DNA of 64,000 bases from an uncultured candidate division Zixibacteria bacterium (GCA_963735035.1 CAVTJJ010000003.1:192001-256000), one strand, 5' to 3'; shown: positions 38,056 through 49,398, numbered from the stretch's first letter. Program-made: numbers and translations. Notes: generated by a model not told the origin, from the sequence alone.

Positions 38056-40215
38056 ATGAGCTGGCTGGGGAATACAACAAGGCGAATCTTCTGGACGCTA
38101 TTAACGCTCACAACGTGTGTGGGGATAAAGACAGGGTACGCGCAGAGTACGAACGACGTTGCGGACCTTAGTCTTGACAGTCTCCTCGACAACGTTGTGG
38201 TTGCGGCCTCCAAACATGAGGAGACGTTGGAAGAATCGCCGGCTAATGTCTACATCGTAACGCAGGCGATGATCAGGAGCTATGGCTGCCAGACGATCAG
38301 TGAAGCTCTGGAGCTGGTACCAGGGCTCTGCGTCACAGACGATTATTCCCTGACCCAAATCGGCATCAGAGGTTTGTCCACTTTCGGAGACTGGAACAGT
38401 CATGTGATGATCCTTATTGATGGGCATCCGACCAACGAGCAGTATGGCGGCACCAGCAGCCTTGACGTCATCGGATTATCAATCGACAACGTCGAACGGA
38501 TTGAAGTCATCAAGGGGCCGGCGTCATCTCTTTACGGCTCCAACGCCTTCCTGGGCATTGTCAATCTGATCACCAAACGCTACGATGACAACACCGCTGA
38601 AGTATCGGGCAATTATTTGCCCGGTACCGACTCCAAACAAAGCAGTGTCGGTCTGTACCACAGATTTGATCGGGACTGGAGCTTGTATGTCAGCGGTTCA
38701 GTAACGGACCGCGGCGGCAGCGATCTTTTCTTCCCGGAATTCAGTGACCCCACCGATAGCACCTTATTCCATCTTAGTACCGAAGGGTACAACCAATACT
38801 ATCTCAGCACGGCGGATTTTACGGGTGGCTGGGCGCGTGAAAAGAACACCCAGAGAAATTTCTCCACACATAGCCGCCTTGGTTGGCGCAACTTCGGTCT
38901 CACGGCCCACTATGCCCAAACGAACACCGGGGTGGCGCACAGCATGTGGGGTTCCCTCTTCCAGAGCAAAGAAAACCGCTACTGGGAATCCCGGGGGTAT
39001 GTCGATCTCGACTATTCGAGTGCGATTTCGGAGCGGATCGGATTGTCGGCACGTCTATCCTACAACTCGTACAATTTTAGCGACTACATTCTCTACAATT
39101 ATGCTTCTCTCTCAGCCTCACCTGAGTATCTCCCGGGCCCACTCTGGAGAGACTACGAGTACGATCGCTCTGTCGGCGCTGAATTCCGCCTGGATTTTGA
39201 CTTCAGCAGGAATCATCGTCTGATCTTTGGCAGCGAGGCACAATTCCACGAAATCGGCCAGGAATCCGGCGCGACCCTGAGCGATCACGAACACATTGCC
39301 GAAGATGTCATACTTCCGGCGTTCCGCGAGAACGAAGGGAAGATCTATAATCTGTATCTGCAGGATGAATATCGTCTATCGAAGATCGCCAAGCTGGTCG
39401 GGGGAATGCACTTCAACTATTATACCTACACGACCGGTAGAGTGGCGCCCAAAGCGGCTTTGATACTGACGCCCTACGACCGGGGCAATTACAAGTTTAT
39501 CGCAAGCCAGGGATTTCGTTCTCCCTCATTTTATGAACTGACATTTGACGACGGCTATTTCTATCACCGCAATCCGGATCTGAAATCGGAACTGATTACC
39601 AGCTACGAAGTGATCGCCAGTCATCGCCTCAGCTACGGCGTTATCGTTGACGTTGGCGCGGTCACGAGCAAAATTACCGACATGATCCAACAGACGCAGG
39701 TGACAAGCGACGATCCGGCTCATCCGGGCGGGGCTTACGGTGAGGAAGTGTTCATGTTCCGCAATACTGGCCGCACCCGGGTTAACAACCTCGAATTGGC
39801 TGTCAGAACGAATGCTATGTATCGTTGGAGCGGATTTGCCAACATTACCTGGCAGGAAGTCGAAACGGAAGATGACGCCGGCATAGAGCAACCGGTCTTC
39901 AACTCACCACGCTGGCTGGCCAACTTTGCCGTGAGCTATCAGCTCATACAGGATCGACTGACACTGGCCACCAAGACGCTCTTTGTTTGGCGACGCCTGC
40001 TGTGGGACGGCACCTGGTCGAAAGAATATGGAGTCACCAATTTGATGGTGAAATCCAGTGACCTCATACATGGTCTGGAAGTCGGAGTCGGGGTAAAAAA
40101 TCTTTTCGACATAGCTTACCGGACTCCGCTCTCGTTTGACTATGCGCCGTCGACGACTATCGAGCAGCCCGGCCGATCAATCTATGTAACTGCGCAACTG
40201 ATCCGGGGTTGGTAG
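38056..40215 (+). CDS. TonB-dependent receptor
   Basis: DLSLDSLL...ASKHEE...SPA; ERIEVIKGPASSLYGSNA; NPDLKSE; KNLFD; PGRSIY. Confidence 0.92.
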   Translation: MSWLGNTTRRIFWTLLTLTTCVGIKTGYAQSTNDVADLSLDSLLDNVVVAASKHEETLEESPANVYIVTQAMIRSYGCQTISEALELVPGLCVTDDYSLTQIGIRGLSTFGDWNSHVMILIDGHPTNEQYGGTSSLDVIGLSIDNVERIEVIKGPASSLYGSNAFLGIVNLITKRYDDNTAEVSGNYLPGTDSKQSSVGLYHRFDRDWSLYVSGSVTDRGGSDLFFPEFSDPTDSTLFHLSTEGYNQYYLSTADFTGGWAREKNTQRNFSTHSRLGWRNFGLTAHYAQTNTGVAHSMWGSLFQSKENRYWESRGYVDLDYSSAISERIGLSARLSYNSYNFSDYILYNYASLSASPEYLPGPLWRDYEYDRSVGAEFRLDFDFSRNHRLIFGSEAQFHEIGQESGATLSDHEHIAEDVILPAFRENEGKIYNLYLQDEYRLSKIAKLVGGMHFNYYTYTTGRVAPKAALILTPYDRGNYKFIASQGFRSPSFYELTFDDGYFYHRNPDLKSELITSYEVIASHRLSYGVIVDVGAVTSKITDMIQQTQVTSDDPAHPGGAYGEEVFMFRNTGRTRVNNLELAVRTNAMYRWSGFANITWQEVETEDDAGIEQPVFNSPRWLANFAVSYQLIQDRLTLATKTLFVWRRLLWDGTWSKEYGVTNLMVKSSDLIHGLEVGVGVKNLFDIAYRTPLSFDYAPSTTIEQPGRSIYVTAQLIRGW

Positions 40216-40262
40216 GAAGTCGACGCCATGAAGACCACTATAGGACTACAGGAACACTTGCT

Positions 40263-40844
40263 GTGAGACGGGCATTGACAATAGTACTGTCCTGGTCTCT
40301 TCTATGGACCCATCCGGCCGGAGCGACCAGTCACACGGTTGCGCCGGAACTGGGAGTACCTTTGTTCCTAAAGATCCTCTCCTACGACCAGAGTTACAAA
40401 TTCGATGATAACAAGACCGTGGATCTCTATCTTTCGTATGACAAAGCCGAGCCGACATCTTATGAACAATTCCGCGCCACGCAGGCCTATTTTCAGAAGA
40501 ATCCAGATGTCACAGTCTTCGGCGCCAGGGTTCGATTCCTGCCGGTTTGTTATGACAGCACCGAGCTTGTACTCCGCCAGATAAACCAGGAACATTACAA
40601 CATCATGATTCTTACTTCGATGGAAGATGACAAGATACGCCAGTATCTCAAGGACGAGCAAGGTCGCGGTATTCGAACATACACCTTCGATCCGGATCTG
40701 ATAAGTCTGGGTGTTGCCGTAGGTATCCAGACAGTCAAGGGGAAGACTGCGATCGTGGTGAATCTGGCCAAGGCTGAAGACGAAGGGACGCACTTCGGCG
40801 CCCAGTTTCTAAGAATCTGCGAAGTAATCGAGGAGAAGCCGTAA
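40263..40844 (+). CDS. YfiR/HmsC-like (DUF4154) periplasmic protein
   Basis: Signal peptide; LFLKILSYD...IVVNLAKA..EG.HF.AQFLRI; lies between the TBDR and the kinase. Start uncertain. Confidence 0.7.
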   Translation: MRRALTIVLSWSLLWTHPAGATSHTVAPELGVPLFLKILSYDQSYKFDDNKTVDLYLSYDKAEPTSYEQFRATQAYFQKNPDVTVFGARVRFLPVCYDSTELVLRQINQEHYNIMILTSMEDDKIRQYLKDEQGRGIRTYTFDPDLISLGVAVGIQTVKGKTAIVVNLAKAEDEGTHFGAQFLRICEVIEEKP

Positions 40845-40847
40845 GAC

Positions 40848-43800
40848 ATGAAGAACTGGTCGCTGAAGTGGCAGATCCTTGCGTTAGTTCTCGCCTCCGT
40901 GGCGGTGGTGGTGGTATCGCTGACCGTGCTGACCATAACCCAGATGAATCATCAGATGCATGCCAGCCTCGAGCGCAAAGCGGTCGCGATATCCCTGCTC
41001 CTGGCTGAGAACCTGGGCCCGGGTCTGGAGTTTGCCGACACCGCCCTCGTCGACACCCTGGCATCCAAGGCCCTGCTCGACGAAGACGTAGTGGCCGTCG
41101 CCCTGTACGACAATTCGGGCCACCGGGTGCTTGATTTACGTTCTGACGAAGGTGCGCTGCCAAGTGAAGATTCCTGCAACCACGTAGGCGGAACAGAAGT
41201 AACTCACGTTGGCTATCACTGCTATGTCGAGCGGCCGGTGTTCTCACAGCGTCACATAGTGGGCTGTATGTGGTTGGTCGTGACCGAGGAGGCCATGGCG
41301 GCCCAATTGTACCGTGGGACAGCGGTCACCATCGGCCTGGCTCTGGGGCTTCTATTCTTTATTACAATAGTTGGAACCATTCTGGCCCGTCGCATGACGC
41401 GCCCGATTCAGACCTTTTCCCAAGCGGCCGGTCGTATAAGTTCCGGCGACATGCTGGCTACGGTCGATGTCGGCCAACTCCAGCGTGATTACGTGCCCCT
41501 GGGAAAAGCGTTCAACAGCATGCAGGCAACCCTTTCCCAGGCTTTCGACTCGTTGAAGAAGTCCCGCGATGAACTGGAGTCGCAGGTGGCAGAACAAACC
41601 CGCGATATTCGCGACGAACTGGCCGAACGCAAGAAGATAGAATTGGCCGTGGCCGAAGGGCGTGAGCTGCTCAAGGCCACGCTCGATTCGACGGCCGACG
41701 GCATTCTGGTGGTCGACGCCAGGGGCGTGATGACTCACCACAATCGACGCTTCGCGGGCTTGTGGCAAATACCCGCAGAGCTTCTGAGAACCCGCGAAGA
41801 CAATCGCATGCTGGCTCATGTCCTCGATCAACTCATAGATCCTCAGGCCTTCCTGGACAAAGTTCGTCAGCTTTATGCTTCGAAGGATGAATCCACCGAC
41901 ACGCTGTATTTCAAGGACGGTCGTGTTTTCGAGCGATATTCCTGTCCTCTTACGAAGGACGACAAGGCGGTGGGACGCGTCTGGAGTTTCCGCGATATTA
42001 CTCATCTCATGAAGATGATGGAGAAACTTCAGTTGACTCAGTTCTCCATCGACCACGTTTCGGACCCTGCTTTCTGGATGCGCGACGACGGCTCCCTGAT
42101 CTATGTCAACGAAGCCGCCTGCCGCATGCTCGGTTACAAAGAGTCGGAACTCCTGGACATGAGATTCCAGGATATCGATCCTAACTTCCCGGCCGAAGCC
42201 TGGCCGCTACAGTGGCGCCAGATAAAGCAGAAGGGTAGTCTGACGTTCTGTTCTTCGCATCGCTGCAGCAACGGACGTGAATATGCGGTCGAAATCATAG
42301 CCGACTACGTTGATTTCCAGGGCCAGGAGTACATCTGCGCCTTCTCGCACGATATCAGGGAACGTCGACGGGCCGAACAGGCTCAAGCGGTTCTCCTGCG
42401 GGTTGCTGAAGCAGCCAACAAGGCCACCGGCCTTAAGGAACTGCTTACGGGCGTTCAAACGCAGCTCAGTAAGCTGATCGACGCTGCCAATTTCTACGTC
42501 GCCTTGTGGGACGAAGAGAAACAGTTATATACTTTCCCCTATGCCGTAGATGAAAACGAGGACGAGGATTTTTCGCCGCAGCGACTTGAATGGAGCCTGA
42601 CCGATTTCGTGCGCCGTCACGACGAACCGTTGCTGGTCGACGAGGATACGCATCGACAACTAACTTCCCGAGGTGACGTTAACATGATCGGTCACCCCTC
42701 GCTCACCTGGATGGGCATCCCTCTGCGCGCCACTTCCGGTACGATCGGCGTGCTGGTTGTCCAAAGCTACCACAACCCTCGCGCCTACAAAGAGGCTGAT
42801 CTCAACTGGCTGACCTCGGTATCAGAGCCGGTCGCACGCGTCATCGAACGTATTCAAGCGGCCGAACAGCAACAGCAGCTTCGCGAAGAATTGGAACGAG
42901 CCGAACGCATGCGTTCACTCGGCGTCATGGCCGGCGGTGTCGCCCACGACCTTAACAACATGCTCGGCCCATTGGTAGGATATCCCGAACTAATTCTGAT
43001 GAAACTCCCCGAGGATAGCCCTTTCCGAAAGCAGATTCAACGAATCGGTACAGCCGCCAAAGAAGCGGCAAACGTGGTCCAGGACCTGCTCACACTGGCA
43101 CGTCGGGGACGCTACGAGATGGTCCCGACCGATGTCAACGCCGTGGTCGAAGCTTATCTCGACTCCCCCGGATTCGCCAAACTGGTGGAGACGAGACCGA
43201 ACGTCAAAGTAAGTACCACTATTGACCGCAACATCGGTCGTATTTCCGGATCGTCGCATCACCTTTCCAAGGTGATTATGAACCTGATCGTCAACGCGTT
43301 TGACGCCATGCCGGACGGTGGCACGCTGCAAATCAACACTCGATCAGCAGTTGGTCGAGCAGCTTCACAGCGGCTACGACAAGCTCGAAGCGGGTCAATA
43401 CATTGTCGTAACGGTGAAGGACTCGGGTACCGGTATCGATCCGGCCGACATCGAGAAGATTTTCGAGCCGTACTACTCGAAGAAGACGATGGGGACCAGC
43501 GGCAGCGGACTCGGACTGTCAGTCGTGTACGGCGTCGTCAAGGACCACAAAGGGTACTACGACGTCATCTCCGAGTTGGGTAAGGGCACCGCCTTCGTGC
43601 TCTACTTCCCGGTCTCGGAAGCCGCGGCTGAGAATCAAGCTAAGCAGACCATTGATTTGAAGGGTTCCGAAACCGTGCTGGTGGTCGACGATGACGACAG
43701 CCAGCGCGAGATGGCTTTCGAGCTGCTGTCCAGCTACGGCTACCAAGTGAGCCTGGCGGCCCACGGCCATGAGGCCCTGACGTTCCTCGCGGGAAACTCC

Positions 43801-44076
43801 GTGGACATTGTCATTCTGGACATGATCATGGAAAATGGTTTCGATGGGCTCGACACGTTCAGAGAGATCGTCAAGATGAAACCGGGACAGAAGGCGATCA
43901 TTGTAAGCGGCTATTCGCCGACTGAACGGGTTCAGGAAATGCAAAATCTCGGGGCCGGACAATACGTGCGCAAGCCGTATACGCGCCAGACTCTGGCGAC
44001 CGCGATACGCGCCGAACTGAGCCGACCAGCGGGGTCCCAGTTGGCCGAATCGATGAAGACCAAAGTGCTCTCCTGA
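40848..44076 (+). CDS. Hybrid sensor kinase (TM, HAMP, PAS, PAS, GAF, HisKA, HATPase, REC) split by a +1 frameshift near 43341
   Basis: ORF 40848 has the H-box VAHDLNN and N-box NLIVNAFDAM; ORF 43300 continues with DSGTG, FEPYYSKK, GSGLGL and REC (VDDD, LDMIM, RKPY). Confidence 0.88.
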
Positions 44077-44252
44077 GCTGAACAGACAAATTCAGGCTCT
44101 TGGTAGTCTGGGCACCACGTCAAATCCCTCCCTATCCCTCAGATACTCTTCCTGCGGCGGGTGCAAATCTGGCGTGTAACATGATTATAGCATTGACTGT
44201 TGGCTCTAACCGACCAAGATTACCGGTAACCTAAGGACCCGGCTGAGCATCT

Positions 44253-44837
44253 ATGGAACGAATGCGAATCGATCAGGATCGCTTTTGGCGACTTTTAGAA
44301 CCAGAGTACGAACGAGGTATGATGTTCTGCCGCAAGTTGATAGGTGACCGCGACCGAGGTGACGATCTCTTCCAGGACTCACTGGTAATCGCCTGTACCA
44401 GGTTGCGCGACCTGCGGGACGAAGCTTCGTTTCGACCCTGGCTCTACCGAATATTCGTCAACACTTTCAAGAGCACGGTCCGACGACCCTGGTGGCGGCG
44501 ACGAACAGAGTTTACTCCTGAGTTGGAGTCGCGTCTGCTTCTGGTTGACCCTACCGATCAATTGTCGGCCCGGCGCTGGTTGGATCGGGCGTTTCAGGCG
44601 GTATCAGTAGACGATCAGGCGCTGATTACTTTGCACGAACTCGATGGCTGGCCCTTGGCCGAACTGGCCCAGCTCTTTGGCAAGACCGAAGGCGCTATCA
44701 AGATTCAGATCTTTCGGGCGCGCCGCGATATCAAGCTCGCCCTTCAGAAACAATGGCGAGCCAAGGCAACACCCGTGCGATCCGTTTCAAACCCCGCGAG
44801 GGAACAATGCACTGTACCGAAGCCAGAAACCGAATAG
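44253..44837 (+). CDS. ECF sigma factor
   Basis: DDLFQD, SFRPWLYRIFVN, region 4 LAELAQLFGKTEGAIKIQIFRAR. Confidence 0.88.
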   Translation: MERMRIDQDRFWRLLEPEYERGMMFCRKLIGDRDRGDDLFQDSLVIACTRLRDLRDEASFRPWLYRIFVNTFKSTVRRPWWRRRTEFTPELESRLLLVDPTDQLSARRWLDRAFQAVSVDDQALITLHELDGWPLAELAQLFGKTEGAIKIQIFRARRDIKLALQKQWRAKATPVRSVSNPAREQCTVPKPETE

Positions 44838-45466
44838 ATAACACCAAGAGCCTATCCGCTCTTGCGGACGATCTGGAGTTGCAGGTTCATTTAGAAGACT
44901 GTGATGACTGTCGGGCGTATGCCGTTCTGGTGGAATCATTCGAGAAGGCCTTGCATGCGGCTTCGGCCGACGACACTGTTCCCGGTCTTGCTATCGATGA
45001 ACAACGGCGAGCGGTAGAATTGCGACTGCATTCGGGTCGACGCGCAATGCGTGGTGCCACGCACCCTCATCTTTTGGCACGTCCGGCCTGGAGGCTGGCA
45101 GTGTCGGGCGTAACGATTGTCCTGGCGGCCTTTCTATTTATCCCCTTCACGCGGTACCAAACGGTCGGCTATGATGTCAGCGTCGACGGTACCTGCCTCG
45201 AAGTGGCGGTAAACCATGACCGTATTTGTGACCTATTGGGAAGACTGGGCCTGGACGAAGCCGGCGTGGACGTGATCGGCTGCGATACCACTTGCTCGGT
45301 TTCGATATTGGACCTAAAGACCGAGCACGAAGCCAGAATGGTGGTGGGTGCAATCGCCCATATGTGCGAGAAGAAGCTGAGTTCTAGCATCGTGCCGATT
45401 AGAGCCAAATCGACCCAGACCCTGCTGGAGCAGGCTAACGATCTGATACTTCGAAGTGAATCGTAG
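44807..45466 (+). CDS. Zinc-binding (zf-HC2/ZAS) anti-sigma factor with TM helix
   Basis: MHC...HLEDCDDC motif, one TM segment, Cys-rich periplasmic domain; overlaps the sigma gene. Confidence 0.8.
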   Translation: MHCTEARNRIDNTKSLSALADDLELQVHLEDCDDCRAYAVLVESFEKALHAASADDTVPGLAIDEQRRAVELRLHSGRRAMRGATHPHLLARPAWRLAVSGVTIVLAAFLFIPFTRYQTVGYDVSVDGTCLEVAVNHDRICDLLGRLGLDEAGVDVIGCDTTCSVSILDLKTEHEARMVVGAIAHMCEKKLSSSIVPIRAKSTQTLLEQANDLILRSES

Positions 45467-45573
45467 ATAGAACATCGGGGCGCCACGGCGGCACCGTCCG
45501 AACAGCAACCCGACTTACACAACTAAAGACGAAACCGGGGCTCGCCGGATCGAGGCCCCAGGAAGATTGAAGT

Positions 45574-46320
45574 ATGCCCAGGACACTAATGGCAATAACA
45601 ACTATCTTGATAGCCGCCTTCATCGGCAGCGCTGTCAATGCCGCGCCACTGCTGGCAATCGATCAAACGGATTTTGACTTTGGCTTCGCGCCGCAGAACT
45701 CCAAGGTCAGTCATATTTTCCAGCTTCGAAACGACGGAGATGACACTCTCCGCATAGCGCGGGTGGTGCCGGGTTGCGGTTGCACCCAGGCGCCGCTGGC
45801 CGACTCGATTCTCGCCCCGGGGCAAAGCACTCAATTGGAAATCATCTTCAGCACCGGTCACTACAATGGAGCAGTCACTAAACGCCCCAGAATCGAAACC
45901 AACGAATCTTCAACGGCGAAGTTCGTCGCGATAACGACCAATGTTGCTCAACGTCCCGATTCAACGTATCCGGTCCAAGTTCGGCCGTACAAATTAGATA
46001 TGTCGCAGTTTGGGGAGACGGTTCGCGATCAGATGAAATTCACCATCGCCAACGTCTCCGATAGCAATCTGGGCATCACGTTGGTCAGTTGCCCCGACAA
46101 GATGATGTCCATTGAGTTGCCCGAGGAAGTTCCGGCCGGGGGAAGCGTCGACGCGATAGCGAAACTGTCACCGTCAGCCGCGAAGTTGTCGTTCGAGACC
46201 TCATTCACGATACAGCTCGGCGATGCCGCGAAAACGCGGTTTACTATTCCAGTGAAACGCACTATGAAATCACCCGGACAGGTCGCGGTCGATCCCAAGA
46301 CCAACCAGACAAAGCCTTAG
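45574..46320 (+). CDS. Secreted DUF1573-domain (Ig-like) protein
   Basis: FDFG...HIFQLRNDGDDTLRI..V.PGCGCT. Confidence 0.8.
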   Translation: MPRTLMAITTILIAAFIGSAVNAAPLLAIDQTDFDFGFAPQNSKVSHIFQLRNDGDDTLRIARVVPGCGCTQAPLADSILAPGQSTQLEIIFSTGHYNGAVTKRPRIETNESSTAKFVAITTNVAQRPDSTYPVQVRPYKLDMSQFGETVRDQMKFTIANVSDSNLGITLVSCPDKMMSIELPEEVPAGGSVDAIAKLSPSAAKLSFETSFTIQLGDAAKTRFTIPVKRTMKSPGQVAVDPKTNQTKP

Positions 46321-46338
46321 TCCTATCCTTTCGAAGAG

Positions 46339-46373
46339 AAACGGTCGGTCACGCCTGGCGCGACCGACCGTTT
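46339..46373. terminator. Bidirectional terminator between convergent genes
   Basis: AAACGGTCGGTC-ACGCCTGGCGC-GACCGACCGTTT. Confidence 0.75.
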
Positions 46374-46392
46374 GTCATTTCTGTTAGAATTC

Positions 46393-49300
46393 TTAGAGGC
46401 AATTGGGAAGAATACTATTGGTCGGTCCGGTAATGAACAAATAATCAATGAGTAACGTAATGTCGCCGATGGTCACGTTCTCCAACAAAGGATGAAATCC
46501 TCCCGATTGATTGACATCGGCCTCGGCCATGCAGGCCACGGGGGTAGTGCTGATGAACAGCATGTCAATCATGACGGTAATGTCGCCAATAGTCGGCTCG
46601 TCGCCGCCCGCCCCGTTGGCATCACCTACCCGAGCGAGACAACATCCAACAACCAGGTCGCAAACCGTAAAGTCGTAGTTACACCAGGGTTCGAAATCTA
46701 TGTCGTCTCCCACCAGGTCACCATTACCGTTCGGATTAGTGACATGAGTCGGGCCAAGATCGGAGCCCCAGTAGTTGCGCTCGGCCATCGCCCCAAAGGT
46801 CGAATTGGTCCAAAAGCCGTACGCATTGCCGTGGATTCGATTATGGGAGGCACTGACGCTGGCCGCAGCGCCATCGTTGTAGGCCACGACGCCGATGTCC
46901 CAGCCATGAATGTCAGAATCCAACAAAGTCGTAATGGCAGTCTCTCCCAGCGCCCAGGTGGCCACACCGTAAGATCCCGTGGTCCCCACGCCGGTAAGAT
47001 TGAGATTGCTTAGCACCACAACCGTTGGAACTGCCTTGGCTTTGACATCTGGAGCGTAGGGGTCTTCAAGAGGCGAGGCTATGCGATGTGACAATTTTGT
47101 AGTCGCGGACTTTATTTCGCCATAGTCGCGAACGCTGACACCTTCCTCGTCGTTCGTGCCGGACGGCGTCACTGTAGCGCCGTTGACCGAGCCACTCGTC
47201 TCATGGAAGACGATAGCCGCCTGTGATCCGGTTACAACACTTCCGGAAGCCACCGCGCCGTTAGCCGCCTGATAGAACAGAATGCCGCTGGCGCCCCAGC
47301 TTCCACCGGTGTAGGCTACGCCCGCAATGGTGCAGTCAGTAATGGTACCATTGGCTCCAAAACCAACCTGGATACCGTTCTGGGCTGTAGTCGTAGTAGG
47401 ACCCTGGCCGGTAATTGACGCGCGAGTAACGCTTGAAACCAGACCTCCGCCACCCAGCACTATACCGGCCTTTTGGATATCAGTAATTGTGACATCGGTA
47501 ATGTCGAGTTGGTACGGCCCGCCCGTATTATTGTACGCGTAAATGCTCACCCCGTGCTGAGAGCCGCCGAACGGTTCGTCGCGCACACCGGTGATATCAA
47601 CATTGGTCACGGCGCCACCGGCGTTCCAGAAACCGATGCCCACAAAGCGGTAATTGGCGTTGCCGCGTCCGAGTCCGTCGACTTTCAGATCGCTAATTGC
47701 GACATCGGCACCATTAACAAGTATTACGGGATAGTTCGGTCCTCCGGTAGTGAACTGCTGTGGCATGTCCAAGAGCGATTGGACCGTGACAACATCCTTC
47801 CCCGCTCCAATTAGACTGAGCTGTTTGCCGATCACTACCTGCTCTTCGTAGGTGCCGGCCTCGACATGAACAGCGTCGCCAGCAGTGGCAATATCGACAC
47901 CCTCTTGAATGGTCGAACCATTAGTGGGGTCGACATGCCAATCCCAGGCCGAAGTGTGCATGTCGCCCAGGTAATTCCCACCCCACCAGGGCGAGTAATC
48001 AACTTGCGAGCTGACGGCCGAACCGGTTCCTTTTTCACCAGAAGTACCTGAGGGATACAGCATGCCGGAGGGAACATCGGAGTCGGTGGCGGAGAAGGGC
48101 GACGCCGCCATCCGTGGCGTCGGGCTATAGCCGGCCGCTTTCAATGAAAAACCGGGACCGGATGCGTCGCCCCACCAATTCGCCGTGGCATCAACCATAT
48201 TCGAAAAATTGTTGTAGACCCCGTGCGAAGTATTCCCCGTCAGGTTATTTTGATTAACGCGACAATTTACGGCGTTGCCAGTCGGTATATCGACAACTTC
48301 AGCCAGACCTACTTCGCCATTGATAACAGTGTTGTTGTGTGCGTTGACCGTCAGATTACCGTTGGTCCAACCAGCATATACGGAGCCGCCCCAGGGATCG
48401 ACACCCGATCCGTACAGGTCAATCCCGGAATAAGTTGTGTTGCTGATTGTGCATCCGGTGACTTCCAGCGCCAGTGAGACGCCATCGTCGGCCAGGTGGG
48501 TAGTCACGGCCCACTGATTTTGATCGAGGGTAACATCTTTGACAATTATAGTTGGCGTCGTCGTCGGAGTGTAGACCCAGTTCCACTGGGAGTGACCAAT
48601 TGCTACCTGACAGCCACTGAGGCTGCCGCCAATAACGGTAACGTCGCCGCTCTCGAACATGAGGATGCCGGTTCCGGCCCAGTCTGTGCCCGGGTACGCA
48701 ACCATACTCACCTGGTTCCGACTGACCGTTGCTGTAGCACCATAGCCGATCTGGATGCCGTTCTGCGCGACAATGGTAGTGCCGCCACCGGTAACAACGT
48801 TTTCGTCGACAATGCCGGTAGCCGAGGGACCCATCACCACAATACCGCCCTTTTGGAACGACGTGATAGTGTTCGCAGAGAAATCGATCGAGCAGGAGCC
48901 GCCCACACCGTGCGTGGCCATGAGACTCACCACTCGGGAACTCCCGGTGCCGGCGGCGTCGATGATGTTTACGATGTCGCAATTACTAACGGTACCGTCG
49001 GCGTTGAAATAATGTACGCCGTAGAAATTGTCCGGCCCGAGGGCTTTGCCATCGATGGTAAAGCCGGTGATTTCGACCGTGCCGTTGGTCACACCGATAC
49101 AGGCGTCCACCGTGCGTGCGGAACCTTCCCATTGGGTGATAGAATATGTTGAGCGACTACCGAGAGGCACGGCCTCGATGAAACTCTGGCCGCGACCCGC
49201 TCCCTGTAGGATGAGGTTCTTGCCATCGATTCTGATTTGCTCGACGTATGTGCCTGCGGCGACAACAATGATGTCATCGTCCAAAGCAACATTGACCGCC

Positions 49301-49398
49301 GCCTGAATTGTCGGCTGATCATCGGGCACATTGATTGTGGCTGGATATACACTGACGGCGCTGATAAGCAGCGCGAGAAGGATTCCCCATCGTCCCAT
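46393..49398 (-). CDS. Secreted protein with two tandem beta-helix modules and a C-terminal dockerin-like module
   Basis: RBS AAGGAG; TIQAAV...GTY.EQ occurs twice; AQNGIQ twice; NWWG/NYWG; CCLARVGDAN... Confidence 0.85.
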   Translation of the reverse strand: MGRWGILLALLISAVSVYPATINVPDDQPTIQAAVNVALDDDIIVVAAGTYVEQIRIDGKNLILQGAGRGQSFIEAVPLGSRSTYSITQWEGSARTVDACIGVTNGTVEITGFTIDGKALGPDNFYGVHYFNADGTVSNCDIVNIIDAAGTGSSRVVSLMATHGVGGSCSIDFSANTITSFQKGGIVVMGPSATGIVDENVVTGGGTTIVAQNGIQIGYGATATVSRNQVSMVAYPGTDWAGTGILMFESGDVTVIGGSLSGCQVAIGHSQWNWVYTPTTTPTIIVKDVTLDQNQWAVTTHLADDGVSLALEVTGCTISNTTYSGIDLYGSGVDPWGGSVYAGWTNGNLTVNAHNNTVINGEVGLAEVVDIPTGNAVNCRVNQNNLTGNTSHGVYNNFSNMVDATANWWGDASGPGFSLKAAGYSPTPRMAASPFSATDSDVPSGMLYPSGTSGEKGTGSAVSSQVDYSPWWGGNYLGDMHTSAWDWHVDPTNGSTIQEGVDIATAGDAVHVEAGTYEEQVVIGKQLSLIGAGKDVVTVQSLLDMPQQFTTGGPNYPVILVNGADVAISDLKVDGLGRGNANYRFVGIGFWNAGGAVTNVDITGVRDEPFGGSQHGVSIYAYNNTGGPYQLDITDVTITDIQKAGIVLGGGGLVSSVTRASITGQGPTTTTAQNGIQVGFGANGTITDCTIAGVAYTGGSWGASGILFYQAANGAVASGSVVTGSQAAIVFHETSGSVNGATVTPSGTNDEEGVSVRDYGEIKSATTKLSHRIASPLEDPYAPDVKAKAVPTVVVLSNLNLTGVGTTGSYGVATWALGETAITTLLDSDIHGWDIGVVAYNDGAAASVSASHNRIHGNAYGFWTNSTFGAMAERNYWGSDLGPTHVTNPNGNGDLVGDDIDFEPWCNYDFTVCDLVVGCCLARVGDANGAGGDEPTIGDITVMIDMLFISTTPVACMAEADVNQSGGFHPLLENVTIGDITLLIDYLFITGPTNSILPNCL

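Noticed and set aside
43345..43583. C-terminal tail of ORF 40848-43583 as real protein
   Set aside because: Arg-rich out-of-frame read-through after the frameshift.
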